Origin: Octopus vulgaris
Lineage: Eukaryota
Assembly (NCBI GenBank): GCA_951406725.2
Contig: OX597819.1
Location: 15,624,001-15,688,000 of the forward strand
Length of the DNA: 64,000 nucleotides
Reading direction: 5' to 3'
The notes beneath the pieces are model-generated. The model was given only the letters and a program-made list of their open reading frames with translations. It searched no databases and was not told where the DNA came from. Below, piece by piece: positions 14,257 through 27,755 of the stretch (position 1 is the first letter of the stretch; every line of letters starts with the position of its first letter). The translations under genes were made by a program, and so were the position numbers.

Positions 14257-15949
14257 TTAAACACCACCATCATCATCATCATAATCACATCAACACATCA
14301 CACATCTATTACTGCTAACAATGAGGGTTTTAACCATTAACAGAACATCATCTGTCTCCTTAATACTTTGAATGTGTCTGTTGCTGAGTAACCCAGTAGC
14401 AGAATCTTAAAGGTAATTTCAAAAGCTATTTCAACACACTAAAAACGATGGCAGGGCATACTCGTAATTCTTTTCAGAGTTTCTAAAACTGACAGAGGGC
14501 AGGAAGGAAATTATCCTCAGTCTGGAGATCTGACTCTAATGTTTGCAACAAAGTGGCTTCTGCTATAAATGTAATCAAGGGCTGGCTGGGTGGTGGCATT
14601 AAACCAAGGAATGGAATAAATTTACCAATCAAGAAGAGTTACCATCCATTCCATAAACTTCCACACAGTTCCTGTGGACTTAATTTCACAGTCAAGACTC
14701 AGAATTACTCAATGTTATAGTAGTCCTGCACTGAGATTGAACCCAGAACCACATGAATGCAAAGCAAACTTCTTAACCACAGGGCCATGCCAACAGCCAC
14801 AAAGTATTAGCTAAGACAGTAAACAAACCTATATCAACAATAGTAAAGTATATCAGTACAAGTGGTGATCAAGACCACAGGAGTGGGTCAGTGAGTAAAT
14901 ATTTAAACAAACAAAACAAATCTAATCACACAGAGCAATTTAGAAACATTAGAATTCTTTTCAAGTGGATGATTTCATACAATGTTCCCTATCACATAGA
15001 AATCATGCGAGGATTGAGGCCATTCAATGAAAAATATCTGAGCCTCCAGACCATTTTTTAATCTTTTCACAAACAATAGTTGTATAGTTATGGATGGTCA
15101 TGTGGCATGTCAAAGGATCACTGAAAGTTGTCATACAAACTATTGATGTGTCTCTGGCCATAATATGGAAAATATTGTATTTAATGGCATTTAAGATGCA
15201 CTTTTTTTATCCAAATCATCATCATCAGCATTAAATGTCTGTTGACTGGAACTGGCAAGACCAGGAGCTACACCAGGATCCAATCAGTCTGTTTTAGCAT
15301 GGTTTCTATGGCTGGATGCCCTTCCAAAAGCCAGTCACTTTCCTGGGTGCTTTTTATATGACATTAGTACCAGCGCTTTTTACATGGCACCATCACAAGT
15401 TCTTTTTACGTGGCACCATCATCAACAGGGTCACCAGGTGTTTTGCAAGATAAAAATCCCTAGAAATGTACAGGCCAGGTCCTATGTGCAAAGTTGGGTT
15501 TAGAAGGTCAAGTGACCACATAGAGATACCTTCAGTGACTTCAAAGGATTCCTTTATACCTCTATTTGCATACAGAGTATATATCAATTCCAGTGTGTTG
15601 TATAGAGCTCATGAAGGTGTTCTCATACACAAACACCATCAACCCCTGAACATTACTGCCTCGAGTCCAGGGACACATTACGGCCAGTTATTTGGTTTCC
15701 ATGACATGTAAGCGACCAAGATCACAACAGTCTCCATTGAACGGGACACCAGTCCATCGCTGTGTTGCCCATTAACAGAAGAGTTGACTGGAGTAAGATA
15801 AGATGAAGTGTTTTATTCAAGAATACAATGCACTGCCTAGTCTGGGAATTGAAACCACAATCTTGCGATTGTGAATGCAGCACCCTAACCACAAGGCCAC
15901 GTGCCCTCACAGACACAACACTGCACTAAAACATAAGCAAAAGTCAAAC

Positions 15950-16170
15950 CTATTATCGCCATTCTTGTGGTTACTCTTGGCACTGGAGCGACGGGAATCA
16001 ACTTTGGTCTGTGAAGTATTCTTCTCAGCAAACTTGTCCAGTGCCTCTTCAAAGCCTTCTGAAGTGTCGAACATGTGATGAAGTTTATAGTTGATACTCT
16101 TTATAATGGCAAACACAAGCCCTACCACTCCACAGTATATCATCCATACAAAGATCGATGTGGCAACGGT
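15950..16170 (-). CDS. PCNX: Pecanex-like protein, coding exon 2
   Basis: Acceptor ttgtttcag|ACC. Reads TVATSIFVWMIYCGVVGLVFAIIKSINYKLHHMFDTSE, matching the pecanex second TM helix and K..NYRLH..FD motif. Donor AG|gtttga; 221 nt, phase 2, compatible with the next exon. The 3' boundary is less certain. Confidence 0.9.
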
Positions 16171-18224
16171 CTGAAACAATAATAACAAAAACATCAGAAT
16201 GAGAATATTAAACAAAACTAAAATTTAAAAGTACAATAGTAAATATATATATATATATAAAAAAAATAATCGCCCAGAGTTTGGAGAAATTAATGGCAGT
16301 CTATATTGGCGAAGTGGTTTTTGATGTAGTGCTGCATAAAGAGTAGTATTTGTGTAAACTTGTAAACCTGTCAGTCACACATTTTCAGACAGGGACAGGA
16401 GCACAGATCTCTAACTGCTACACTGCTCTCACTTACGGCTCTCAGAATTCAGTAGCAAACACCAATGGCCATGCTACAGTACCTCACTTTGGTTAATGAG
16501 CAAAGCTAAAGAGGGCATCAAGCAATCTTGGAAGGATTGCTGTCCATGGCATGTGAGCCCTTATGTGCACAAGGAACCGAATATGGTCAATGGCTCAGAA
16601 GGCATGATAGCAAGATGTGTGGTGCATCTAGGGTACTCTCTTGACAGAATCCAAACTTGTAGCCAGCCTCCGTGGAAGGAATTAGGACCCCACCATGTAG
16701 AAAATTTCATTATCATTTAATGTCTGTTCTCTATGCTGACATGAACTGGATAGTTTGACAGGAGCTGGTTTGACAGAAGCTGCCCAGGCACCATTCTGTT
16801 TGTGTTAGCATGGTTTTTACAGCTGGATGCCCTTCCTAACACCAACCACTTCACAGTATGTACTGGGTGCTTTTAACATGCCACCAGCACAGGTGTTTTT
16901 ATGTGACACTAACACGGGTGCTGGTGTCATGGCACCGGCATGGGTACATGCATCCTAGACTACTTGAATAGCGGTCCTTGATATTCAACCTGCTGAAAAC
17001 AGTTAAGACCTAAGAATAGAATAAGATGTCAGCAAGGTTAGTATGATATGAGGTGCAGAGATACACACTTTATTAGACAGAGAAAAAAAAAAAGAAACAT
17101 TTTTCTTTCTCTCCTATTGAAGAAGGGATTACCTTCAACATGATTCTTTCCCTCCATCCCACAAGTAATAAAAATGATTTACTTCTATTTACCGGGTATC
17201 AGTGGTCCTTAAATAATCAGTCAGCCCTGAATGAGCAGACAAATGATTGAAGGCATTTTACTATGACCACCCCTTCTTTATTGTATACACAGTACACCCT
17301 GAATAATATTACCAAAGTTTGTTTGCTTTATAATAAAGTAGGATGTGGTTCAAGGGAGATTTAGCAGTCCATTAACATAAGTAGAGGAGAATGTAGGAGC
17401 TACAGCAGAGAGAGAGAACACAGAACATAGGTGAACAGGGGTGTTGAAGTGTGTTGATAACTTCATGCCAATGAGTTAAGAGCCCTTTTGTCGTTTTGCA
17501 CATAAAAAGCACCCATTACACTTTTGGAGTGGTTGGCACTAGGAAGGGCACCCAGCTGTAGAAACCTTACCAAATCAGATTGGAGCCTGGTGCAGCTCTC
17601 CAGCTTACCAGTTCCAAACCATCTAACCCATGCCAGCATGAAAAGTGGACATTAGATGATGGTGGTGTCATGGTTGGAACGTCTTTTATCACAGATTTGA
17701 TCAATCAGACCTGGCATGGGTGCAGTCAACCACTAATCAAACACCTGTGTGAAATTATGATTTGCCCTCTTCTCTCTCTCATATATATCAGCTAGATAAA
17801 ACACTCTTTAATGGGTTTATACATAAGACCACAAATATTTACATGAGTATGTGTATTTATGTATGTTTCTCATGGCTGGCTGCTGGCAAATATTTCTGTA
17901 AAATATGGATATTTTATCCTGTTCCTGCTATTCTGTTAGCATTATTCTGCGTTTGAGAATAAATTATTTCCTTATCTGTATCTTATACATATATATAGGC
18001 TGGCATGTAAAAAGCACCATCCGAATGTGGTCGATACCAGTGCTACCTGACTGGCTCCTATGCCGGTGGCACATAAAAAGCATCCACTACACTCTTGGAG
18101 TGATTGGTGTTAGGAAGGGCATCCAGCTGTAGAAACACTGCCTGGTGCAGCTTCCTGGCTTCCCAGACCCCAGTCGAAGCGTCCAGTCCATGCCAGCATG
18201 GAAAACAGACGTTAAACAATGAAG

Positions 18225-18264
<40 letters not shown>

Positions 18265-18266
<2 letters not shown>

Positions 18267-18668
18267 CGCAGAAGTGGCTGTGTGGTAGGTAGCTTGTTTA
18301 CCAACCACATGGTTCCAGGTTCAGTCCCACTGCGTGGCACCTTAGGCATGTGTCTTCTACTATAGCCTCGGGCCGACCAAAGCCTTGTGAGTGGATTTGG
18401 TAGACGGAAACTGAAAGAAGCCCGTCGTATATATGTATATATATATGCGTGTATGTGTTTGTGTGTCTGTGTTTGTCCCCTAGCATTGCTTGACAACCGA
18501 TGCTGGTGTGTTTATGTCCCCGTTACTTAGCGGTTCGGCAAACGAGACCGATAGAATAAGTACTGGGCTTACAAAAGAATAAGTCTCGGGGTCGAGTTGC
18601 TCGATTAAAGGCGGTGCTCCAGCATGGCCACAGTCAAATGACTGAAACAAGTAAAAGAATAAAAGAAA
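18265..18668 (+). mobile_element. tRNA-derived CORE-type SINE with internal (TA)n(TG)n
   Basis: GGCGCAG.AGTGGCTGTGTGGTA...GGTTCAGTCCC head and GGCACCTT.GGCA.GTG core. Many copies, e.g. 21390, 26472, 41655, 45140. Confidence 0.88.
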
Positions 18669-19940
18669 AGAATATATATGTGCATACACACACATACATG
18701 TTTACATGTGAAAGTTTACTGCATGTGTATGTATGCATCATGTATGTGTGTGTGTGCTGTCTGAATGCATGTAGATGTTTGTAGAGTTATGGCAGTAGGA
18801 ATTAGTTACAACTCCCACTCCCCGTAAAAGCCTCAGCAGACATTTGAAAGAAGAAAAGAATAAGCAAGAGAGAGGGGACAGCGAAGGGGATGGGGAGATG
18901 GAGAGCAAGAAAAGCAAAACTACAGGCAGCGGGGAGAGGGGAATATGGACTGAATATTAGACAAACAGGTGGGGGGAGTTAAGTAAGGGGTGGAGGGCAG
19001 ATAATGAAGGAATTTTAACCAAAGTAATGACAGACCCTGCATGGCTCGTACAATGAAGCTTAACAGATAATTCTTACTGGTTATGTTGGTGTAGGTGGAG
19101 TTGGGGCAATGTATTGTTCCTAAAATATGATACTTCAGCTTATTATGTTGGTAGCTTACATGACAGGCACAACAAGCGCCCCTGGGGCCCACTTTAATAC
19201 TCCACCACCCCACACATGCATTGACACAGTTTAACCAACCACCTCAGGGGCTTTAATTGCAATATGTAACCTCCCACAACACACGCATTTGTTTGTGTGT
19301 GCATATATATGTAGACATGTATGTATATGCATATATATATATACACGCATGCATATATGTACACTGAACTGTGTATGTATGTATGTATACATACATGTAT
19401 CCTCATACACAAGTGTAAGTAGACACACACATATTAAAATGCTTTGCAAATATTACTTAATACAGTCACAATATTTTCTCAAAACAATCTGAGAAGAAAC
19501 AGAATGACACAAACCTGTTGGAATTCAGTTTTCATATTGTGTGTGTAAAACACACGTTATGGGATAAACATGTTTCAAGAATTGAACAAAAGTGCTTACA
19601 CACACACACACACACACACAATATGTAAACTTCAGTCCAAAAGGCCCGTGTCACTCTGCTTTTGTAATAACTTTTAAGAAAATCTTTCTATGCATGGCTG
19701 TGTGAGAAGACATTTGCTTCCAGGTTCAGATCCACTTTGTGACACCTTGGGCAAGTGTCTTCTACTACAGCTTCAAGCTGACCAAAGCCTTGTCAACGGA
19801 TTTAGCAGACGGAAACTTAAAGAAGCCCATTGTATATGTATATATATATAAATGTGTGTGGTTGTGTGTGTGTCTGTATTTGTCCCCCACCACTACTTGA
19901 CAACAGGCATTGATGTGATAAAGAATCTATATCTATATAA

Positions 19941-20186
19941 ATATAAAATTAAGAGGAATGACCACTAAAGTGGACACCCTATATGCTAAACATAGACGTC
20001 AAATCACCATTACCACAAAGAGTGTGTTCTCAAGAAAAAAATCTCAGCAAAACGCCAAAATGTAAAAAATGAACAAGACAAATGAAAACATACGAAATAA
20101 AAATGATTACCTACGTGGTAATGGCGATTTGACGTCTAGGCATATAGGGTGTCCACTTTAGTGGTCATTCCTCTAAATTTTATATG
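19941..20186. repeat. Inverted repeat, ~70-bp arms with ~100-bp A-rich spacer
   Basis: AGAGGAATGACCACTAAAGTGGACACCCTATATGC...GCATATAGGGTGTCCACTTTAGTGGTCATTCCTCT. Confidence 0.88.
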
Positions 20187-20620
20187 TATCACAATTTTTA
20201 ATCTTCGGATTTTTTAAATATGCTAAGCCACTAACATCAATATCTACCCTTATTATTTAATTCTATATATATATATATATAAATATATATATATAAACAT
20301 CATCATCATCATTGTTAAACATCCTCTTTCCATGCTGGCATGGGCTGGACAGTTTGACTGAGGATTGGCAAGCCAGAAAGCTGCACCAGGCTCCAATCTG
20401 ACCTGGCAAGGTTTCTACAGCTGGATGCTGTTCCTAATGCCAACCACTCCAAGAGTGTAGTGGGTGCTTTTTACATGCCACGGGCACAGGGCCAGTCAGG
20501 TGGCACTGGCAACGACCATGCTCGAATGGTGCTTTTTACATGCCACCAGCACAGGTTGGCACCTGTACTGGCATCAGGCAGTACTGGCATCAGCCACAAC
20601 AATGATTTCATTTGACTTAA

Positions 20621-20839
20621 CCCTTTCGTTACTGTATATATTTTGCGATACTCTGTGTTTCTTTCAATTACTTTAAATATAACAAAGATTTAGTAAAATA
20701 ACTTAGTTATCATTCAGCTAGTGTTAGGAACATAAATTGTGACTAAGGTTTGGTGGAAGATTTTAATTCAGAACTTTTGAAAACAAGACATTTGTACTCA
20801 GAGCCAGAGGTGGTTTCAGCTGGGTTGGTAACAAAAGGG
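20621..20839. mobile_element. piggyBac-type MITE inserted in an RTE 3' UTR fragment
   Basis: TTAA TSD. The flanks rejoin as TTTGACTTAACAGGTCTTCTCAAGCACAGCA, as seen in other RTE copies. Confidence 0.88.
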
Positions 20840-20978
20840 TTAACAGGTCTTCTCAAGCACAGCATATTGCCCAATGGTTGAAGACCGAACAATAATGACA
20901 CTTGTCAATTCTGGTGGCAAAAATAATAGACATGAAAATGATATTATGAGAAGTTGTTGATGAGGAGAATACGTAGGA

Positions 20979-21317
20979 GTGTGTGTGCGTGCACGCGTTA
21001 CTTGACATAATTGTGAGTGAGTGTCACTGTCATACATGCAGTGTCATTCATTTCCAATCTTCCATAAAAACATGTCAAGTCATGGGGAACTACTACTTTA
21101 TTGAAAACAGGTGAGGGTAGGTGACAGGAAGGACATCTGGCTCTAGAAAATCTGCCTCAATGTCCTTCCTGTCACCTACCCTCACCTGTTTTCAATAAAG
21201 TAGTAGTTCCCCATGACTTGACATGTTTTTATGGAAGATTGGAAATGAATGACACTGCATGTATGACAGTGACACTCACTCACAATTATGTCAAGTAGCG
21301 CGTGCACGCACACACAC
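20979..21317. repeat. Near-perfect inverted duplication, ~158-bp arms with 23-bp spacer
   Basis: 20979-21136 is the reverse complement of 21160-21317, with one mismatch seen by eye. Confidence 0.93.
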
Positions 21318-21389
21318 ACACGTTTACATATACACACATCAACTTTTAATGACCACTTTTCTAAGCTTGCATGGGACAAATATATATAA

Positions 21390-21790
21390 AGGAGTGTATG
21401 TGTGGTAAATAGCTTGCTTACCAACCACATGGTTCAGGGTTCATTCCCACTGCGTGGCACCTTGGGCAAGTGTTTTCTACTATAGCCTCGGGCTGACCAA
21501 AGCCTTGTGAGTGGATTTGGTAGACAGAAACTGAAAGAAGCCCGGCATATATAGGTATATATATATATGTGTGTGTGTATATTTTTGTGTATGTGTTTGT
21601 CCCCCAACATCGCTTAACAACTGATGCTGGTGTGTTTATGTCCCCATAACTTAACAGTTTGGCAAAAGAGACCGATAGAATAAGTACTAGGCTAACAAAT
21701 AATAAGTCCTGGGGTCAATTTCTTTAACTAAAGGTGGTGCTCCAGCATGGCCACAGTCAAATGACTGAAACAAGTAAAAGGGTAAAGAGT
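21390..21790 (+). mobile_element. CORE-type SINE copy
   Basis: Colinear with 18265-18668. Confidence 0.85.
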
Positions 21791-22072
21791 ATACATCATC
21801 ATTTAACGTCTGTTTTCCATGCTGGCATGGGTTGGACGGTTTGGTAAGAATTAGCCAGCTGGAGAGCTGTTCAGGCTCCAATTGTCTGGTTTCTACGAAT
21901 GGATGCTCTTCCTAACAGCAACCACTTCAAAGAGTGAACTGCATGCTTTTAACATGGCACTGGCATGGTTGCATTTTACATGGCACCAGCACGAGTGCAT
22001 ATGGCACCGGTATAAGTGCATTTTATGTGACATGAGCACGAGTGCATTTTATGTGGCACTGGCACCTGTAAG

Positions 22073-22232
22073 CAGGGCTGTGGAGTCAAAACAAAGAACT
22101 TCAACTCCTCTACTCTCAGCACCTCCGACTCTGACTCCTCTATGTAATTAAATGATTGTGGTCTATTTTACTGACTCTGATTCTGACTCCAGCTACCCCT
22201 TAATTGTTTCCGACTCTGACTCCACAGCCCTA
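22073..22232. mobile_element. hAT-type MITE
   Basis: CAGGGCTGTGGAGTC...GACTCCACAGCCCTA with 8-bp TSD CCTGTAAG and internal GACTCC repeats. Confidence 0.88.
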
Positions 22233-22240
22233 CCTGTAAG

Positions 22241-23424
22241 ACAAAATACTCTCAGCTAGGAGAGTTAACCAGGAAGATAGCTTTTGCGTGTGGCAGAAGC
22301 ATAGGGGTAATAAACACTGAAGATGTACAGAAAACAGATTCCATCATATGCAGGGGAGGGAAAACTAGAAGTAGTTAATAGCTTCCACTACCTAGGTGAC
22401 CAAGTCTGTAGTGGGGGTGGTTGCTCTGAGAGTGTAGTGACTAGAATAAGAATAGCCTGGGCAAATTTTAGGAAGCTTTTACCTCTGCTGGCAACTAAAG
22501 GCCTCTCGCTCGAGATGAAAGGTAGACTGTATGATGCATGTGTGTGAACTGCCATGCTACACAGCAGTGAAACATGGGCTATGACTGCTAAGGACATGCG
22601 TAAGCTTGAAAGAAATGAAGCTCGTATGATCTGCTGGATGTGTAATGTCAGTGTGAATACATTACAGGGTGTAGGCACCCTGAGAGAACAGTTGGACATA
22701 AGAAGCATCAAATGTGGTGTGCAAGAGAGACAGCTACAATGGTATGGTCATGTGTTACGCATGGATGAGGACAGCTGTATAAAGAAGTGTCACGCCCTAA
22801 CTGTGGAAGGAAGCTGCGGAAGAGGTAGACCCAGGAAGACATGGGATGAGGTGGTGAAGCATGACCTTCAAATGCTGGGCCTCACAGAGGCAACAACAGG
22901 AGACTGAGACCTTTGGTGATATGCTGTGATTGAGAAGACTCAGCAACTAAAGTGAGATTTCAGCCAAGGCCGATGCCAGTGTTGCCAGTCTGGAACATTT
23001 AAAAGTACCCTTGATGCATTGGGCAATATGATATGCTTGAAAAAGTCTGTTGAGTCAAGTCAAACCAAAGTCATAGCTGTGGCCAGTGCCCCCCTGACTG
23101 GCTCCCATTCCGGTGGCATGTAAAATGCATCATCTGAATGTGATTGATGCCTGTGCCCCTTACAGGCTCCCATGCTGGTGGCATGTAAAAAGTACCATCC
23201 GAATGTGGATGATGCCAGTGCCCTCTGACTGGCTCATGTGCTGGTGGCACTTAAAAAGCACCCACTACACTCTTGGAGTGGTTGGCATTAGGAAGGACAT
23301 CTAGCTGTAGAAACCTTGCCAAATCAGATTGGAGCCTGGTGCAGCCTTCTGGCTTCCCAGTCACCAGTCAAACCGTCCAACCCATGCCAGCATAGAAAGC
23401 AGACATTAAATGATGATGATGATG
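22241..23424 (+). mobile_element. 5'-truncated RTE LINE: RT C-terminus, 3' UTR and (GAT)n tail
   Basis: VNSFHYLG...RIRIAW..F, MLH.SETW, LQWYGHVLRM and GRGRPRKTW motifs; in-frame stop. Confidence 0.9.
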
Positions 23425-23949
23425 ATATATATATATATATATATGCAGTTTCATGTGTGTATATGTGTGTTTCTATATAGTTAGAAAATCTCTATAAGAG
23501 AAGAAAATAGTAACTATACCGAAAGGTAATGCTGATCATCACATCAATATGGCTGTCCCATAGGAATCAATGTTACTACCATTTTTAAACCCAGGACGGC
23601 CTCCTTCAGATTGTTATCAATGCAATCTGCATATATGTATTTTATATATATTCATTATTGTGCAAACCAATACACCTCACTATCACCAGAAGCCATCCAA
23701 TGGCTAAAAAGGATTCCTCTTCCTTATACCACTCTGCTTCTGGTACTTGTCCTTTACAGTTTTGTGGGATTGAAAGAAACTGTATTTCATTGAATAGTAA
23801 ATACCTGTTTCACTGATACATACGAGGGCCTACTACCATCAGTCATATGTCAACAAAAGTCTTCTTCCTAGATGCTGGAAACAGTTCCCCAACAGCCCCC
23901 TTACTCTTTTCAAGTTTAAAAATGTAGAGCAGTAATGATCAGTGTTGGC

Positions 23950-24530
23950 ATAGAGAAATGTAGGACTGGTGACATTGTTGAAATGTTAGTGCAAAGGCAT
24001 GTAGATGTGTGCAAGAGGTACAATGGAAGGGAACCTCAACTGGACAGCTCATGGGCAAGGAACATGGATACAAATTCTTCTAAGTGATGGATATACTTTT
24101 GGCAGACAAATGTGTTGATAAAGTGATCAAAGTAGTCAGAGTGTGTGACAGTGCTATGAAGCTAAGACTAATCTTGGAAAATGTAACAGACATTTATCTT
24201 TGCATATGCTTCACACACGGGACTGGCAGATGAACAAAGGAACAGTTTTTAAGAGTCCCTTCAACCAATTACCTCAATGAAAAAAGACAAAGGTTTTATT
24301 ATTGTGGTTAGTGACTTCAGTGGACATATTGAGCAGGATTCCCACATATTTCATAGCTTGCATGGAGGTTACAGCTTTGATTCTAGAAATGTGGAGGGAA
24401 CAAGGCTGCTGGAATCCTGTGATACAAATGACTTGATCTGCAACACTAACTTCAAGAAACCAGCTAACCACTTAACTACCTATCAATCTGGTGGGCACAC
24501 AAGCCAGGTTGACTACATTCTCACCTTGAT
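23950..24530 (+). mobile_element. Degenerate LINE AP-endonuclease fragment
   Basis: DFSGHI...RNVEGTRLLE...ICNTNFKK..HL.TYQSG...QVDYIL motifs. Confidence 0.85.
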
Positions 24531-24672
24531 GCTTGAGAATGTACAACTCACCATAGGTTAATGCAACCACTTCCTTCCCTCATTCGCATCCCTCCCACAC
24601 TATTTTCACTGGCCACCTCCTTTCTGTGTCTTCACTTACCTCTACCTCTCCTCTGCTTCATCTTATATATAT

Positions 24673-24892
24673 ATTTCTTTACTACCCACAAGGGGCTAAA
24701 CACAGAGGGGACAAACAAGGACAGATAAAGGGATTAAGTCGATTACATCGACCCCAGTGCGTAACTGGTACTTAATTTATCGACCTCGAAAGAATGAAAG
24801 GCAAAGTCGACCTCGGCGGAATTTGAACTCACAACGTAACGCAGACGAAATACCGCTAAGCATTTCGCTAACGTTTCTGCCAGCTCGCCGCC
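24673..24892 (-). mobile_element. tRNA-derived Nin-domain-like SINE
   Basis: GGCGGCGAGCTGGCAGAAACGTTAG head, GAGTTCAAATTCC B box, GCCTTTCAT.CTTTCG.GGTCGATAAATTAAGTACCAG core. Confidence 0.85.
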
Positions 24893-26471
24893 TTCTTATA
24901 TATCTATTATCATTTTAAATGCTTTCTCGCATCCCCCACCATGTCCCACTCACTATAGCTACACTTATGTAGTATATCTACATCATCCCTTGGCTTCTCG
25001 ATCTATCATCCTTTGACGACAACTTGCATCTCTCCCACCTTACCCATTATTCATTTCCCATCAACTGCAGCACATCCACCTTTGTTCATCACTCACTACA
25101 TTTACCATTACTCCCATCGCTAACCATCTGTTACTCTCTCCTCACACTCTTATAAAAACTGCCCGCCCTTTCTTCCCCCTCCTAATCCACTGTCTGTAAT
25201 TTCTCCTATGCTCACCCACCTGCTCCTTGAGGATTTACTTTGACATCCCATCATTATCATCTTCATCATCCTATTTACTCCCACCGACCCTCATATGCGA
25301 AGTGACTCCTCTCTAGCAAGATACCTGCACTTGTCTTATCATACCACCTAGCATAAAGCTACCTGCCCCTCCCAAATACTCCTCTCACTCCTAGTTGACG
25401 GTTTTTCTTCCTTTCAATGCTCTTCTCCTGTGTTTCAAGTTAACTTGGTGGCCTCACTAGTTTCAGTGGCAGAAAATAGGGCCCAGTACACACACTGTGA
25501 GATGGCTGCCATTAGGAAAGGCATCCAACCATAGAAACCATACCAAAGGTGACAATGGAGCTCAACACAGCGCTGAGGGTTGCTGGAACCTGTCAAACTA
25601 TCCAACTCATACCAGCTTGGAAAACGGATATCAAATGACAATAGGTATATGAAGGTGGTGAGCTGGCAGAAACGTTAGAATACCAGGTGAAATACTTAGC
25701 AGTATTTTGTTTATGTTCTGAGTTCAAATTCCACCGAGGTCGACTTTGCCTTTCATTTTTTCGGGGTCAATAAATTAAGTACCATTTGCATAATAGGGTC
25801 GATCTAATCAAATGGGCCCCTTCCCCCCAAAATTTCGGGCCTTGTGCCTAGAGTAGTAAAGATCTGGCAGAGTTTCTACAGCTGGATGCCCTTCCTAATG
25901 CCCCTTATGCCCTTCCTATATCATCTTCCTTTAATATCTGCTTGCCATGCTGGCATGGGATCAATGGTTTAAAATGATCTGGCAAGCCCCAGGTACATAA
26001 AGCTTTGACACCTTTTCTACAGCTGGATGCCCTTCCTAATGCCAACCATCGCAAAATATGTACAGGATGCTTTTATTTATACCACCAGCAGTTGTGAGGT
26101 CACCAAGCAGGTTGAAGACAGAAAAAGAACAGGGAAAGGAAAAAGCCCTTCCATCCAGGGGAAGTATTAAGGAGGGGAAAGTGGCTTTATGCCAGGTGCT
26201 GAGAGGGAGAAGCACAGGTGTCTTGCCATGGAGGAGGAGATACATGGTTACCCAACACTATATAAGGATGAGTAGTAGTAGCAGAAGAGAAGATAAAGAT
26301 GGTAGTAATGGGGTACCTAAAGGAAGTGGGGAAGGGGTGGTTTCATAAGAGTTTGAGGGAAGAAATATGAATAGAGACAAATGTATTGAGTAATGAACAA
26401 GAGTGGAGTGCGGTTGATGGGAGATATCAGTATGGCGGTAAGGTAAGAACTATATACATAAATATAGATAC

Positions 26472-26863
26472 TCTTTTAATTGTTTCAGTCATTTGACTGC
26501 AGCCATGGTGGAGTACCGCCTTTAGTCGAGCAAATCAACTCCAGAGCTTATTCTTTGTAAGCCTAGTACTTATTCTATAGGTCTCTTTTGCTGAACCGCT
26601 AAATTACGGGTACGTAAACACACCAGCATCGGTTGTCAAGTGATGTTGGTGGGACAAACACTGACACACAAATATATACACACATATACATACACATATA
26701 TATACATATACGATGGGCTTCTTCCACTTTCCGTCTACCAATTCCACTCGCAAGGCTTTGGTCGGCTCAAGGCTATAGTTGAAGACAGGTGCCATGCAGT
26801 GGGGATGAACCCGGGACCATGTGGTTGGTAAGCAAACTACTTACCACACAGCCACTCTTGTGC
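26472..26863 (-). mobile_element. CORE-type SINE copy, head-to-head with a partial copy at 26884-27036
   Basis: Reverse complement of the 18265 family. Confidence 0.85.
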
Positions 26864-27219
26864 CTACATATACACATATATGCAGGCATGGCTGTGTGGT
26901 TAAGAAGTTTGCTTCCCAACCACATGGTTCCAAGTTCAGTCTCATTGTGTGGCACCTTGGGCAAGGGTCTTCTATAAGATCCCCAATCAAAGCCTTGTGA
27001 GTGAATGTGGTAAACAGAAACTGAAAGAAGCCCATCACATGTACATATGTAGGTGTGCATGTATGCACTCTTGTGGTGACATAGCAAGAATTATTGTAAA
27101 TGAATGGCAATCATTTCCAATGTTCTGTGAAAACATGTCTGGCCATGGCAAAATATTACCTTGCTGGAAAAAAGGGGAAGGGAGGTGGCAGAAAGGACAT
27201 CCAGCCTTACAAAAACCTG

Positions 27220-27755
27220 GGATCTTGACCTTTTGACCAACAGATTTAAAAAATAATTTTTTGTAACTAAACACTTTCAAACTTCGGACACTGGTACAAT
27301 GTGTCATATAAAATATCTTTTTCTCTAAGCGTTTTTGAGAAAAGCTTATATTTAGGGAGTTATTTCATGCTAAAGTTCTCGTATTTCAGTAATTTCAACC
27401 AATCAATGACGTGTATTCAGCTGAATAAAATTACTGCTGTTGTTTGTCAACAACAACTTCCGGCGGTGTTAGGGTTGTCATAAATAACAGTGACAAATGA
27501 AATATACACTGCCGAAAGTTCTTGTTGACAAACAACAGCAGTAATTTTATTCAGCTGAATACACGTCATTGATTGGTTGAAATTACCGAAATACGAGAAC
27601 TTTAATGTGAAATAACTTCCCAAATATAAGCTTTTCTCAAAAACACTAAGAGTAAAAGATATTTTATATGACACATTCTACCAGTGTCCGAAATTTGAAA
27701 GTGTTTAGTTCCAAAAAATTATTTTTTAAGTCTGTCGGTCAAAAGGTCAAGATCC
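27220..27755. mobile_element. Foldback-type MITE with ~240-bp TIRs and 8-bp TSD
   Basis: GGATCTTGACCTTTTGACC...GGTCAAAAGGTCAAGATCC, flanked by AAAACCTG on both sides (27212-27219, 27756-27763). It interrupts an older repeat. Confidence 0.92.
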
